Positions 1 to 14,183 are shown, numbered from the stretch's first letter. The stretch is DNA of 64,000 nt from Eledone cirrhosa (GCA_964016885.1 OZ024742.1:203050001-203114000), one strand, 5' to 3'. Translations and numbers: made by a program. The notes: a model not told the origin generated them from the letters alone.

Positions 1-114
1 GCTACCGAGGAGCTCTACCCTTTCGGGACAAGCTCTACAGACACGGGCACCCGGGTAGGGACTCCTCGAAGAAGATCTGTCCAAGATGCGTGCGTGACGA
101 GGAAACTCTCTCTC

Positions 115-194
<80 letters not shown>

Positions 195-714
195 CGTGTA
201 TCTGTCGATCTATTTAACTATCTGTCTGTCTATCTATTTATCTATCAATAATACCTATATAAGATAAACATAAGAATATTAACCAATATTGGTCTGTATG
301 ACCTGACAATGACAATATTGAACAATATTACTAATCTAGGCACAAGGCATGGAATTTGTAGACATGAGACATTGGTTTATATCGACCACGGTATTTTATT
401 GATACTTTATTTTATCAACCCCAGAAGAACGAAATGCAAAGCTGACATTGGCGGGATTTCAACCCAGAATGCAAAGAACAGGATCAAATGCGGTACAACC
501 TTCTATCCGACGCTTTAACGATTCTGCCTTATGTATCATACTGAATACGAAATATGAATAACCAACATTAAGTTAACCTCGGCGGGATTTGAAATCAGAA
601 TCCGACCGAGGTTAACTTTGTCTTTCATCCTTACGGGGTCGTTAAAATAAAGTACCAGTAATACACTGGATGATTGCTGGCCTTGTGCCAAAAGTAGAAA
701 CAATTATTAGTACT

Positions 715-1783
715 TAGGTCAATATTGATATTTTTGGTCAATGTTGATTTTTTTTGTCATTATTGGTACTATAAGTCAATATTAGTACTTAAGTACTAAT
801 AATGACCAAGAACTACTAACATTGACAAAAAATATCAATATCGACCAATTATACCTATATTGAACAAAAATATTAATATTAATATTGACCAACAAATACC
901 AACGTTGACCAGCAAATACTAATGTTGACCAACAAATACTAATATTGACCTACAAATACTAATGTTGACCTAAAAATACCACCGTTAACCTAAAAATACC
1001 AAGGTGACCTACGAATACCAATGTCATACAATGGTTATCTATATGATATAAAATACCAACATTAACCAACCTATATGAGCAAAATACTCAACAGTGTCGA
1101 TTGCCAACTATTTTAAGTTCATATTGACCAATACGAGCTAGATATACTTTCGGGTCCCGAATAACCATTCCTCCCCTCCCCACCGCTTATTAATTTTTCA
1201 GATTTTTTCCAACATTGCCACACTCATTACAACCCTCCATACCCCACACACCGCGTATTAAATTTTCCTAATCTATCTCCGGCAAAATTTTATTTTAAGT
1301 GGGAGCATTCCTGCGACAATTAATTTCCTTTATACATTAAAAAACATTATACATGACAAAACAAGTACATTACTAGAAATACCATACTTTATAAAATAAA
1401 TAGGATGGATTGGGATCACAGTATGTAAACTAAACGACTAATTCTGGCTTTTAAAAGAATCAACGAAGACAACCTAGAAACATTACTGATACTTCCTCCT
1501 TCGCTTATTCCAACCCCCTGATTATTCCACCCCTATTATTTGGGATTCGAGAGTATTAATTTTGACTTATCTGACCAATAAATACTAGCTTTTACTAATA
1601 TTGACCGATATACCTATAAATAGCAATATTGACCAATATGACTTATAAATACCAGTATTGACCAATATAAACAAATATGACCTATACTGACCTCAGAATG
1701 CTAATCCAATGAACACGACGTAAAATACTGACATTAACCTAAAAATACAAATATTTACTGCAAAATAACATATTTGACAATAA

Positions 1784-1790
<7 letters not shown>
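715..1790. repeat. Degenerate AT-rich tandem array (aatattgaccaa-type motif), split by a MITE; continues at ~4400-5000
   Basis: Recurrent tattgacc/aatattgaccaatata motifs at roughly 20-30 bp spacing. Confidence 0.7.
1147..1553. mobile_element. MITE, Tc1/mariner-like
   Basis: Imperfect TIRs ctttcgggtcccgaataa / ttatttgggattcgagag, flanked by TA on both sides, no ORF. Confidence 0.7.
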
Positions 1791-1866
<76 letters not shown>

Positions 1867-1872
<6 letters not shown>

Positions 1873-2735
1873 AAGAATGAAGAGTAACATGGTTGGCTGT
1901 ACAAGGGGCTTTATTTCAGGTATTGACAATTGTTTCATTGATCAGGTGAATCTAGAGGTCGCTAAACGCTTGAAGTTGCGTCACTCGATCTCCCTTCACC
2001 ATCCACCCCTAGCCCTTAAATCTCATACTTGTATCCCCCAATTAATCTCTAATTTATTGCTTTTTCTTTTTTCTTTTATCTGTCACTACATCAGACTCTC
2101 TACACGTATCTAAGTATGTTTCGAATTTGACTTTTCATGTTAGCACTAAACCCACCAAAGAATCTTTATAAGAACACTTAGCATACTCTGTACTTACATG
2201 CTCTCACTTATCCATATTTATTTCTTTATATTTTCCATTTTCTTATTTTCTTACTTTTTTAATGAATCTTTTCTTATCTTTTATTTTTTACATCTGTAAC
2301 TTCTCTACCTATTTACCATATATATTTTATTATTGATGTTATTGTTTTGATTATACGCTATTCTTCTATATATATCTTGCCTCGAGTGGATTATTTTTTA
2401 TATGTATGTATGCTGATGTGTTGATCAGAGGTAAATAATGTAATGGAGATCGGGTGACGAAACTTCAAGCGATTAGCGACCTCTAGACTGACCTGATCAA
2501 TGAAACAATTGTCAATACCTGAAATAAAGCCCCTTGTTGTACAGACTACCATGTTACTCTTCATTCTTTCACTATTATTACGCCAAGTATAACCTACATA
2601 GGAATTACCGCGAACTCACTACCTAACTATGGAAACATCTTGTTGAGTCAAACAAAACCGTACATTAAAACTATTCACGACGCAGAGTACTCACAACCTC
2701 TAACAGGATTACCTATAACGATAACTTGTTATCCC

Positions 2736-2737
<2 letters not shown>
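1867..2737 (+). mobile_element. Penelope-type fold-back remnant (inverted pLTR) between (TA)n tracts
   Basis: ~1867-1977 is the reverse complement of ~2461-2575; an HHR-like motif overlaps the right arm; same tail recurs at ~41450-41540 and ~47228-47292. Confidence 0.65.
2408..2518 (+). ncRNA. Degenerate type I hammerhead ribozyme with long stem II
   Basis: gtatg-CTGATGT-gttgatcag...ctgatcaat-GAAAC-aatt-GTC-aatac; A9 mutated and one stem I mismatch. Confidence 0.55.
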
Positions 2738-2775
<38 letters not shown>

Positions 2776-2806
2776 TTTTTTTTTTTTTTCATTTATATAT
2801 ATATAT

Positions 2807-2917
<111 letters not shown>

Positions 2918-2918
2918 C

Positions 2919-2963
<45 letters not shown>

Positions 2964-2988
2964 CATTTATATATATATATATATTTTC

Positions 2989-3030
<42 letters not shown>

Positions 3031-3116
3031 CCAGGGAGCGTAGCGCAAAGTTACTGTTGGTTCAACCAATAAATGTAATGAGGGCGTAACCATTACTCCT
3101 TGTATTATTATATGAC

Positions 3117-3303
3117 CGGTGAATTGACAGTATCGGTAGTGGGTCGGACGCCATTCTTTCCAGCATAGTTACGTCCCTTTACGGTCTGAGTTCAAATCCC
3201 GACAGGTTAACTTTGCCTTTCATCCTTACGGGGTCGATAAAATAAAGTACAAGTAATGTACTGGGTAATTGCTGGCCTTGTGCCAAAAGTAGAAACAATT
3301 ATT
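3117..3303 (+). mobile_element. tRNA-derived SINE (main family, Meta-domain-like centre)
   Basis: A-box-like head, B-box gagttcaaatccc, central ctttcatccttacggggtcgataaaataaagtac, tail gctggccttgtgccaaaagtagaaacaatt; many copies in window. Confidence 0.85.
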
Positions 3304-3310
3304 ATGAATA

Positions 3311-3778
3311 TCTATATATTTAAAACCGAGAATGTCTGTCTGTCTGTCCGATCACTAAAACTCGAGAACCACCCAATTGATTGTTTTCAAACTTTACACA
3401 TGTAATACTTATGGTCCTGTGAGTGTTTTGAGCAATTTCAAATTGTCAATGCCCTAGGGACCGTATTAGGCGATTAAGCGAGCTCTTTCTATAATTCTTA
3501 GTCTTTCTCTTTTTAGATAGATACATAGATATAACGTTGCGCCCTTATAATATCTGTCTGTATGTCTGACTGTCTGCATTACGACATTATGACGCGGTGC
3601 GTGCGTGTGCGTGTATGTGTGTTTGTGTATATATGTGTATATATATATATAGTGTGTAACGTTTTTGAAATATTTACTTCTGTGTTCACAGATTGATTTT
3701 TTTAGTTTCAGAAGATCCCGTTAAGGCAGCGATTCTTTGCTTAAACTTTAATCTGTTATTTTAATATATATATATAAT

Positions 3779-3874
<96 letters not shown>

Positions 3875-4014
3875 TATATTAATGTACAGATATTTTTGCA
3901 ATAACAAAATATAAACAAACGTATTTATTTCACGAGGCTCGATAAGGATAACTATATATCAAATATATAAGAACTCTAGAGCAAATCCCGAGCAACGCCG
4001 GGCCATTCTGCTAG
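3311..4014 (+). mobile_element. Non-autonomous Helitron
   Basis: A|TC 5' end followed by (GTCT)n, subterminal hairpin cccg...cggg (3987-4002), 3' CTAG|T; second copy at 48224-50574. Confidence 0.8.
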
Positions 4015-4056
4015 TATAAACTAAAATTCCATTATGGACAAATACAAACTATATTA

Positions 4057-4395
4057 CGGCAGCGAATTGGTAGAACCATTAGAATGTCGGATATATTGCT
4101 TTCGGGTATTCCTTTCAGCTCTCTACTCTCTGAGTTCAAATCCTGCCAAGGTCAACTCTGTCTTTCATCCTTTCGAGGTCGATAACAAAATTATTAGTCA
4201 AGTACTGGGGTTGATTCTTCCTCTGTATCTCTTTCTCCCTTCCATTCTCTCACTCTCTCTTCCTTTATGGAAGAAATCTACTGCATTCTGACCTGAAGAG
4301 GGGTGCGCTCCGCCAGGTTTAAAAATGCCCGAAACGCTGTATGTCAAAGATGGCGTCACAATGGCTCACTCAGGAGTCACGGGACCATGTATGTA
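4057..4395 (+). mobile_element. Composite SINE: tRNA head + CT-rich linker + hammerhead-containing tail
   Basis: SINE head and centre (4057-4215) joined to an HHR tail; same junction in diverged copy ~44158-44498. Confidence 0.65.
4289..4346 (+). ncRNA. Type I hammerhead ribozyme motif
   Basis: tgac-CTGAAGA-ggggt...tgccc-GAAAC-gct-GTA-tgtca; stem I imperfect next to the cleavage site. Confidence 0.6.
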
Positions 4396-5094
4396 TGCAT
4401 AAGCTATATAATGAACACTATTTGATAAGGAAAAACTACCAATATTAACTGACATAAGGTAACCAACAGTGATTTACAATAACCAATAGTATTCCTTATA
4501 AACCAATATAAGCTATATGATACGATATTGACCAAAATAAGTTATAAAAGAACGATATTAACAATAAAAACCTATAAGAGATCAATATTGAGTAATATTT
4601 GCTATAGGAATCATCATTGACCAATATTAAGTCACAGGAGGTCGATATTGATCTATATAAGTTATACGAGATTGATATTGATCAATATATGCTACACGAT
4701 TTAACAGTGAACAATATAAGCTATAGGATTAAATACTGACCAATAATATATACTATAAAAATCGATACGAACCGATAAAAGCTATATAAGATCCATATTG
4801 ACAAATATAAGCTATAAGAATCAATAAGCTATAGCAATCCATATTGACTAATATAATCTTTAGGATACATTACTGACCAATAATATTGTAAACTGACCAA
4901 TATAAACTATAGAAGATCGATATTGACCAATATCATTTATAGAAAATATCATACTGATGAATATAATCTACGCGAGATCGATATCAACCAATATAAAGCT
5001 TAAGGTGGGAACAGTGACCAAAAGTGAGCAGCACACTATGAAGGTTCTAAAAGTGACAAACATTGAAAAATCAGCGAATAAAAGTAACTTGAGG

Positions 5095-5710
5095 GTTTTG
5101 GTGTTGTTGGTTGTGATGATGGTGATTGTGTTGATGATGCTGAAGATGATGATGGTGTTGGTTGTGATGTTGGTGTTGGTTGTGATGTTGGTGGATATGA
5201 TGGTGATGGTGGAGAGGCGCTAATGGTAGATATGGTCCTGGTAGTGAAAGCGATGGTGAAACTAATTGTAGTGATAATGGTAGTTTTGGTTATGACGGTG
5301 TTGTCTTGGTTTATGTGGTGGGTGTTCTGGTAGTGATGATGTTATTGTAGTTGTTGGTGTTATTGGTGGCGGTTGTGGTGGTGGTGGTGGTGGCGGTTGT
5401 GGTGGTGGTGGTGGTGGCTGTGGTGGTAGTGGTGATGGTGTTGGTGGTGGTTGTGGTGGTGGTGATTGTGGTCGTAGTGGTGATGGTGGTGGTGGTGGCT
5501 GTGGTGGTGGTGGCTGTGGTGGTGGTAGTGGTGGTTGTGATGGTGGTGGTGGTGGTGCCTGTGGTGGTGGTGGTGGTGCTTGTGGTGGTGGTGGTGGTAG
5601 TGGTGGTGGTGGTAGTGGTGGTGGTAGTGGTGGTTGCGGTGGTGTTACTAGTGGTGGTGATGGTGGTGGTGGTGGTGGCTGTGTTGGTGGCTGATGATGA
5701 TATTGTTTGT
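5095..5710. repeat. (GGT)n/(GAT)n low-complexity tract
   Basis: Direct reading; source of the poly-Pro/Thr/Val pseudo-ORFs. Confidence 0.95.
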
Positions 5711-5993
5711 GGAAGCGGCGGTGATATATACACTGGATATGTGTGAAGAATGAAATATCTTTCTTATAACTCAACTCCCTATCCTACTACTAATAATAAT
5801 GGTAGAAATAATTCACTTTGCCTGTTGGCATGTATACAATATTTATAACTACACCTGAAATATTTAGTCTCTCTATGTGAGTATGAATGTATGTGTATGT
5901 ATGTATGTATGTATGTATGTATGTATGTATGTATGTATGTATGTATGTATGTATGTATGTATGTGTGTGTGTGTATGTATGTATGTGTGTATG

Positions 5994-6027
<34 letters not shown>

Positions 6028-6345
6028 TATGTATGAACGTATGTATGAATGTTATCTCCTGGAGAACTGTGTGTGTTGATATACAAACATATGCACACAC
6101 ATATGTGTGTGTGTGTGTATACCAGTTTACATAATCACAGAAGCATATACACATATAAATTTATATATATATATATATATATATATAAATACACACACAT
6201 ATATACCAAATTGTAAATATTATATCATAAACATTATTATATCATAAAGTACCAGTAATGCACTGGGTAATTGCTGGCCTTGTGCCTAAAGTAGAAACAA
6301 TTATATCATAAACACAGAAACCCAGCAACAAATACATATACTGTA

Positions 6346-6396
<51 letters not shown>

Positions 6397-6403
6397 ATAT
6401 ATA

Positions 6404-7175
<772 letters not shown>

Positions 7176-7650
7176 TGTATATATATATAATATGTATTTG
7201 TTGGTGGGTCTCTGTGTATTGTATAATATTTACAATTTGGTATATATGTGTATTACATACAATATTTATGTGTGTGTGTGTTTATATATATATATATATA
7301 TATATATACACCCCCCCACACACACATATATATATATATATATAAACACATATATACACATGTATATACACATGCATATAAATGAATAGATATAACTATG
7401 ATTGTTTGTATATATATATGTGTTCGTATGTACGTGTGTATATATTTATATATACCTATATACGTATATAAACTGATAAACTGCTTACTTATGTGACATC
7501 CAACTGAGATATGAGATGTGAAATACCAAACAAATATGTCCGACTTTTTCCTAATCAGTGTTAACATCAATAAACATAAAACATATATATATGTACATAC
7601 ATACAAACATACATACATATGCATCCATAGACACATACATGTATATACGC

Positions 7651-7768
<118 letters not shown>

Positions 7769-7777
7769 ATATATATA

Positions 7778-7855
<78 letters not shown>

Positions 7856-8794
7856 TGCACAGAGATTTTGATATGCAGGAACACACCCTCTTTCTCCCTC
7901 TCTCTTGCTTTTTTCTGTCTATCTCTGTCTGTCTGTCTCTCTCTCTTATTCTCTCTCACTCTCGCTTTCTGTCTCTCTCTCTCTCACTCTCTCTCACACA
8001 CACATATATACCCACTGATGCTCACACACACACTGAGCAACACACACTAACCCACACACGTAGGCAAAACACACGCATGCATGGCTGTGTGGTTAAAGAG
8101 TTCGCTTTACAACCACGTGGTTCTGGTTTCATGTCTGTTACGCGGCACCATGGCAGGGCCGGATATAGTGCGGGGAAAATGGAGCAATTGACCCGGGTCC
8201 CCTCCAGTGGGGGTCCCACCAGCGACGGCCGTAGCAATTTATTTGTGCCCGCTGCTGTGATTTTTAGGTTTATAGTCGTTAACATTTTTGAATTTAATAC
8301 CTGCATGTATAGATTTTTAATTCCAATTACTTGCGCCAAGCTGAATTTCATATGTAAAATTGGGGTGTGGGGTGTGGGGGTCTGATGTATATTCTAATTG
8401 TTCTTATTTGAGCCACAGGTTATATACCAACCAACCTGGAGCAAAGTATTACTGAATTTTGATTAAGCTACACATGACCGCAATACTTGGAACCTTCAAA
8501 GTCAGTAAAACATTCTTACGATGAACGCTTACACAACAGACGATGACAATTTTCATTTCTTTACAAACCTTGCCATCGGGAAGCTGGCAGGCGGAAAATA
8601 AACACAAAATTAAGAGAAAGAGAGACCATAAATATATATTTAAAGAAATGACAACACAATCTCAGGGATGCAAAAACACTAAGTATTATTAGTAACACGG
8701 TTAGGTGAAATTAGAGAAGGGTTCGGCGTGTCGGACGTAAGTCCTTCCTCAAGAAATGGAGAGTTCGGAGAGAGAGACAACAGGTTGGAACATC

Positions 8795-9968
8795 GATGCG
8801 CTGAACGAGTGTGACTTTTTAGTCCAGCCAGCGACTTGAAAACTCTGGTACAAACACTACACTTGTGACAATTATTGACACATAGTGCTGGGCCCATGGT
8901 ACCATGTGACGACAAGTGCAGAGAGATCTCCAGATATAAAGCATGCCTGTGCCGTGAAGCTTTAATAGTGAGCAAAGGCACTGCACAAAGCCAGTCCCAC
9001 TCTCTTAACCAAGATGATATTTACCAAAAAGAAGAACAAGTCAACATCATTGGATACCATCAGGGTTGCTGGTGTTATATCAGAGTTTGCCTTCTCCTAG
9101 AATTCTGCCTTGACAAAGGCTAAGGGGTCATCTCTCCTGGTGATTTTGGATGGCCATTGACTCTTAAGAGTTCCTTTGCCCTTTGACAGGTTTTGTTTTT
9201 AGTCCTGCAGGATGTCCAAAGTCACCCTCCTCACCAAGAAACCTTGGAGGGGGTGCCAGTTTAGTCGCCAACGACCCGACCATAAGACAGGTTGTACTGG
9301 GGTACATGTTACCAGCATCACCAACTGGTGACCTGACATACATACATACATGCATACATACACGGTGGCTGCCGACTCGTTTTCGAGTACGGCCACTACT
9401 TTATATCCATGTAGGAGAACCCCTACCGATGCGCTGAACGAGTGTGACTTTTTAGTCCAGCCAGCGACTTGAAAACTCTGGTACAAACACTACACTTGTG
9501 ACAATTATTGACACACAGTGCCGGGCCCATGGTACCATGTGATGACAAGTGCAGAGAGATCTCCAGATATAAAGCAATGCCTGTGCCGTGAAGCTTTTAT
9601 AGTGAGCAAAGGCACTGCACAAAGCCAGTCCCACTCTCTTAACCAAGATGATATTTACCAAAAAGAAGAACAAGTCAACATCATTGGATACCATCAGAGT
9701 TGCAGGTGTTATATCAGAGCTTTCCTTCTCCTAGAATTCTGCCTTGACAAAGGCTAAGGGGTCATCTCTCCCGGTGATTTTGGATGGCCATTGACTCTTA
9801 AGAGCTCCTTTGCCTTTTGACAGGTTTTGGTTTTAGTCCTGCAGGATGTCCAAAGTCACCCTCCTCACCAAGAAACCTTTGTGGGGTTGCGAGTTTAGTC
9901 GCCAACGACCCGACCATGAGACAGGTTGTACTGGGATATATGTTACCAGTATCACCAACTGGTGACCT
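8795..9968 (-). mobile_element. Two head-to-tail copies of a ~600-bp RTE-derived non-autonomous element separated by (CATA)n
   Basis: 8795-9336 is nearly identical to 9429-9968; 3' part encodes an RTE-type C2H2 remnant CSVCTRVFKSLAGLKSHTRSAH; third copy at 60480-61080 +. Confidence 0.75.
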
Positions 9969-10051
9969 GACATACATACATACATGCATACATACATACA
10001 TGCATGCATAATCGAAACTGAAAACCCTAACACACATCTCCACACTCAAGC

Positions 10052-10118
<67 letters not shown>

Positions 10119-10434
10119 TGTGTGTATTTTTGTATGTATATGTATATATATATGTATGTTAACCGCATACCAACATGGGTTTATGTGTATCTATGTATAA
10201 CTACGTTCTAATATATTTATCTATGTATTAGTTATTTCTTTACTTTTTCTATTGGAGTCTGATATTTCTACTATTGGATTATGTAAGAAATGTTTGTACT
10301 AAATACTTTTTATCGTATTTTTATTGTGTTTTTATTGTATTTGTTTGTTTTTGCTTGTATCAGATTAATGGAGGTCATAAATGAACAAGCTTATGCGGAT
10401 TTATCTCCCTTAACATCTATATATATATATCTAT

Positions 10435-10578
10435 AAAACTAAAACTGAATACTAAACCAATACTTATTACTAATTTTTACTTATTCCTAATTAAACTATT
10501 TTTCACTGGGAACAATTTGTCAGCATTTTCTTTTCCTTTTACCAATATATCACAACTCGTGTGTTACACCTCTATTCT
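10435..10578 (+). repeat. Interspersed repeat (reverse-complement copy at ~62482-62625)
   Basis: ~140 bp near-identical to the reverse complement of 62482-62625. Confidence 0.8.
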
Positions 10579-10737
10579 AGTATAGTGTTATGTATCAAAG
10601 TTAATATATAAATATGGTGAGAGGGAAAGTAAGGGGGTGTCAAGATTTTAATAAGTAAAATAGAGAGGGAAATATATTTATATATATATTTCCCTCTCAC
10701 CATATTTATATATTAACTTTGATACATAACACTATAC
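10579..10737. repeat. Perfect ~50-bp inverted repeat with ~60-bp spacer
   Basis: agtatagtgttatg...gagagggaaa (10579-10628) / tttccctctc...aacactatact (10688-10737). Confidence 0.9.
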
Positions 10738-10869
10738 TCTTCTCTTTCTTCTTATTCCACCTCTCCCTATATATTCTATAACCAATCATTTTACTGCTTC
10801 CTGTCTTTCCTTTCCTTCTTCTTCTTTTCTATATCCCACCTCATATATTTCTTCTATTCAATTTACTCT

Positions 10870-11375
10870 CTTCCCATTCGAAGGAGGGATATCCCTCATC
10901 TGGGACGCCACCTGCTGCGACATGTTCTCCACCTCCAACTTAGTCACTTCGGCCACAAACCACACCATCGCAGCCCGCCTCGCACAAGAAAGTAAAATAA
11001 ACAAATACCGAGGTTTGTCCAGCCGCTTTCTCTTCGCACCGGTCGCCGTCGAGACCTCAGGCATTCTTGGACCCCGTACTGCCGAGCTCCTCTGTAAGAG
11101 CAGAGTGTCGACGGCCCGTCTGAGGAGGGAGCCCCGCAAGGTTGGGTGGCTGTTTCAGCGGGTGTCACTGGCCATCGGCCGGGGGAATGCTTTTGCCGTC
11201 TTGTCAGTGAGGCGCAGCACTTCTGCCCCCTAGCCCTAGACCCAAAGCCCAATCGCCCTCCCCTCTCTTCTGCGACACCAGAGTTCTTGCCATCTCCTCC
11301 CCTCCCGTTCTTTTTTTCTTTTTTTCTCTATTTCTCGATTCTTTCTTTCCTTTTGCCCCCCCCCCCTTTTTAATT
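10870..11375 (+). mobile_element. CRE-like non-LTR retrotransposon 3' fragment (restriction-like endonuclease)
   Basis: IWDATCCD...KINKY...FAPVAVETSGILGP...LFQRVSLAIGRGNA, followed by a pyrimidine-rich 3' UTR. Confidence 0.75.
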
Positions 11376-11699
11376 TTTCTTAAGAAAGAATTGTCCTACT
11401 AATAAAACAAACAAAAACAATCTTGCTGTTATTCAAACTTTCACTTTAAAATCAAGCGTCCCATTAATTTCAAAATAACTTTAGAAATTTCATTTATCCT
11501 TGGAAAATCTCTTCAGTTATATATATGATATTGTAGTGTCTATATATACCCTCTTTGGGAGATTCTCCTCTTTTTAAATTTATGTTGATTTATCCATTTT
11601 TAATTCTCCAAGAAAACAATTTGAAATGAAAATTAATATAGGTAGGCATATGATTCTTTTATTTCTTTCAATTTTTTTTTTTGTTTTAAGCCTGGACAG

Positions 11700-12080
11700 T
11701 ATTATAATAATAATAATGAAATTATTGTGTAAAGTGCTCAGGTGCACTACAACTCGTCAATATAGTACATAGAATAATACACAAATGCCAGGGAAGTACA
11801 TGTTTGTATGTGTTAGCTGTAGTGTTGGCGGATCTCGGGAAGCATGGAGGCCTTAAAGGATGCAGTGTCTCGACAGCTAACAACTGATGCAGGTAGTTTG
11901 TTCCATGCTTCAGCAACTCTGAGCGTGAAAAAATGTTTCCGAAAGTCATGGGAACTGTGCTGTTTTCTTACTTTGTGGGCATGTCCACGTGTGTTAGACA
12001 CATGGAAATCGAAAAGGCACTCAGGGTTGTTGTTGGCAACATGGTTAACAATTTTGTGGGTGTTTACCAAGTCAGTTGCC
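11700..12080 (-). mobile_element. CR1-group LINE 3' end
   Basis: TRGHAHKVRK...RKHFFTLRVAEAWNKLPASVV...SFK C-terminal motif with (ATT)n tail. Confidence 0.85.
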
Positions 12081-12236
12081 GGATATATTTCCGTATACTG
12101 GTATCTGACTAAAATGGAAAAAAATATTAGCTATCCATAACTTTGATTTATCTTCAGTTGTAGGAACGTACGTAAAATTAATAAAATGTTAGCAATACTG
12201 TCTCAACCATATGTTGGATTATTATTATTATTCATT

Positions 12237-12422
12237 GGTGAATTGGCAGTATCGGTAGAGGGTTGGGCGCCATGCTTTCTAGCATAGTTACGTCCCTTTA
12301 CAGTCTGAGTTAAAATCCCGCTGAGGTTAACTTTCCTTTCATCCTTACGGGGTCGATAAAATAAAGTACCAGTAATGTATTGGGTAATTGCTGGCCTTGT
12401 GCCTAAATTAGAAACAATTATT

Positions 12423-12424
<2 letters not shown>
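12237..12424 (+). mobile_element. tRNA-SINE (main family)
   Basis: Full-length match to the 3117-3303 family. Confidence 0.85.
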
Positions 12425-12457
<33 letters not shown>

Positions 12458-12464
12458 AATAGCT

Positions 12465-12947
12465 GGTTCTGAATCCTTTCTTTTACAGTCCCAGTTAAGA
12501 TTCATTTGTCCTACCATCAAAATGAGCAACAATAGAATTTCAAAAGTCCCCATGTATAGCCAAATCCATGATGGAAGGAGAAACGCAGGAGGGCCATAGC
12601 AGAGGTATAAGTAGTAGATCAAAGATATCCTAACAGAGATTTCCTTAAAACATTTTTAAAAAAACTACATTGAATCGCAATGAATGGCGGTTAAGTTACT
12701 ACAAAGTCATAAAACCCTATAAAATAAGCAGTCTTGATTATCATAAAGAATTAATAGCAAAGGTAAAGATTTGATCTAACATGCCGCTTACTTAGTATAA
12801 CAATCCACTATTATATCGAATTTGGGGTGTAGTCTGCAAATTATTGACTGGATTAAAATATGATAAGAGATATAGACATCAGAACTGAAACAGAAAAACT
12901 TAGATGCTGGAACCGCATAAGTTAAATTCAACGGGAGAATCCATTAA

Positions 12948-12950
<3 letters not shown>
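12465..12950 (+). mobile_element. Degraded RTE LINE 3' fragment
   Basis: KMSNNRISKV.MYSQIHDGRRNAGGP resembles the RTE RMPDxRLPKQLxYGELxxGKRxxG motif; frameshifted. Confidence 0.6.
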
Positions 12951-13027
<77 letters not shown>

Positions 13028-13589
13028 TTGTATATATATATATATATGAGTTTTAAATGAGTTGATAATACAACCATATAAAGGCAAAACATACTTTAAA
13101 GCTCAATGTGATTTTATAGACTACAGCAAGATAGGTTATAAACAGTTCAGAGTTTAATCCAATCGTTAAATTTCCAATCACAGTAGTTTTACACACCATA
13201 TATATGTATATATACAAACACACACGCATGAATCGCGGTGATTATAAGTACACACACATGTGTGTGTGTGTGTGTGAGTGTGTCTGTTTTCAAAGGATGA
13301 AAGGTAAATTGATCTCTGAGGGACTTGAGCTCGAAACGCAAAGAGCCTGAATAAATACCGATTCTCTAACAACTCTGCCATAATGCCGCCATATTAAACG
13401 CATGTTCAAATCTTGAAATTCGAGGTCAAGATCCTTAGTTTTACCGTAGAATTGAGGGACCTGAACCAAATGTCAGAAATCGCTTAATACCATGGCACCG
13501 GAAACTAATATTATATATTCTTTCACAAAAGTCGTCGTTTTCACATAACTAAGTCTGGTTCACCTTAATATATATTTCATTAACTCAGT

Positions 13590-13644
<55 letters not shown>

Positions 13645-13809
13645 TATATATATATACAGAGAGAGAGAAGAGAGAGAGAGAGTGTGTGTGTGTGTGTGTG
13701 TGTGTGTACGGAACTGAGACCTGGGAACCGAGTACACCCTTGAAAAGGCTTGCTGAACACAAGTCTCACTCTCTTTCTCTCTCTCCGTATATATATTTAT
13801 ATATATATA

Positions 13810-13985
13810 TCATCATCATCATCATCATCCTCGTTTAACGTCCACTTTCCACGCTAGCATGGGTTAGACGGGAGTTGTCCCACTTGAGGCAAGGTTGGTC
13901 GGGTGACCGTGTCTCGCTTATATAGGACTATCTGGCATGTTTTCTACGGCTGGATGCCCTTCCTAACACCAACCACATTTACAGT
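13810..13985 (-). mobile_element. RTE-related SINE/LINE 3' end with (GAT)n tail
   Basis: (CAT)n-cctcgtttaacgtcc...ggctggatgcccttcctaacaccaacc. Confidence 0.6.
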
Positions 13986-14094
13986 GTGGACTGGGAACTT
14001 TTTACCGTGCTACCTATGTATATGTGTACTATATATATATGTGTGTGTGTACTATATATCTGTGTGTGTACTATATATATGTGTGTGTGTGTAC

Positions 14095-14125
<31 letters not shown>

Positions 14126-14146
14126 ATTAGTTATATATGTGTGTGT

Positions 14147-14183
<37 letters not shown>

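Noticed and set aside
3117-3205. tRNA gene
   Set aside because: A and B boxes are present but there is no cloverleaf, and it is always followed by SINE body; these are SINE heads.
5262-5774. Poly-Pro/Thr/Val ORFs
   Set aside because: (GGT)n tract open in several frames.
8805-8870. Host C2H2 zinc-finger gene
   Set aside because: A single finger inside a repeated RTE-derived element.
11475-11520. Minus-strand CTGAAGA...GAAA
   Set aside because: No valid NUH site with paired stems; AT-rich coincidence.
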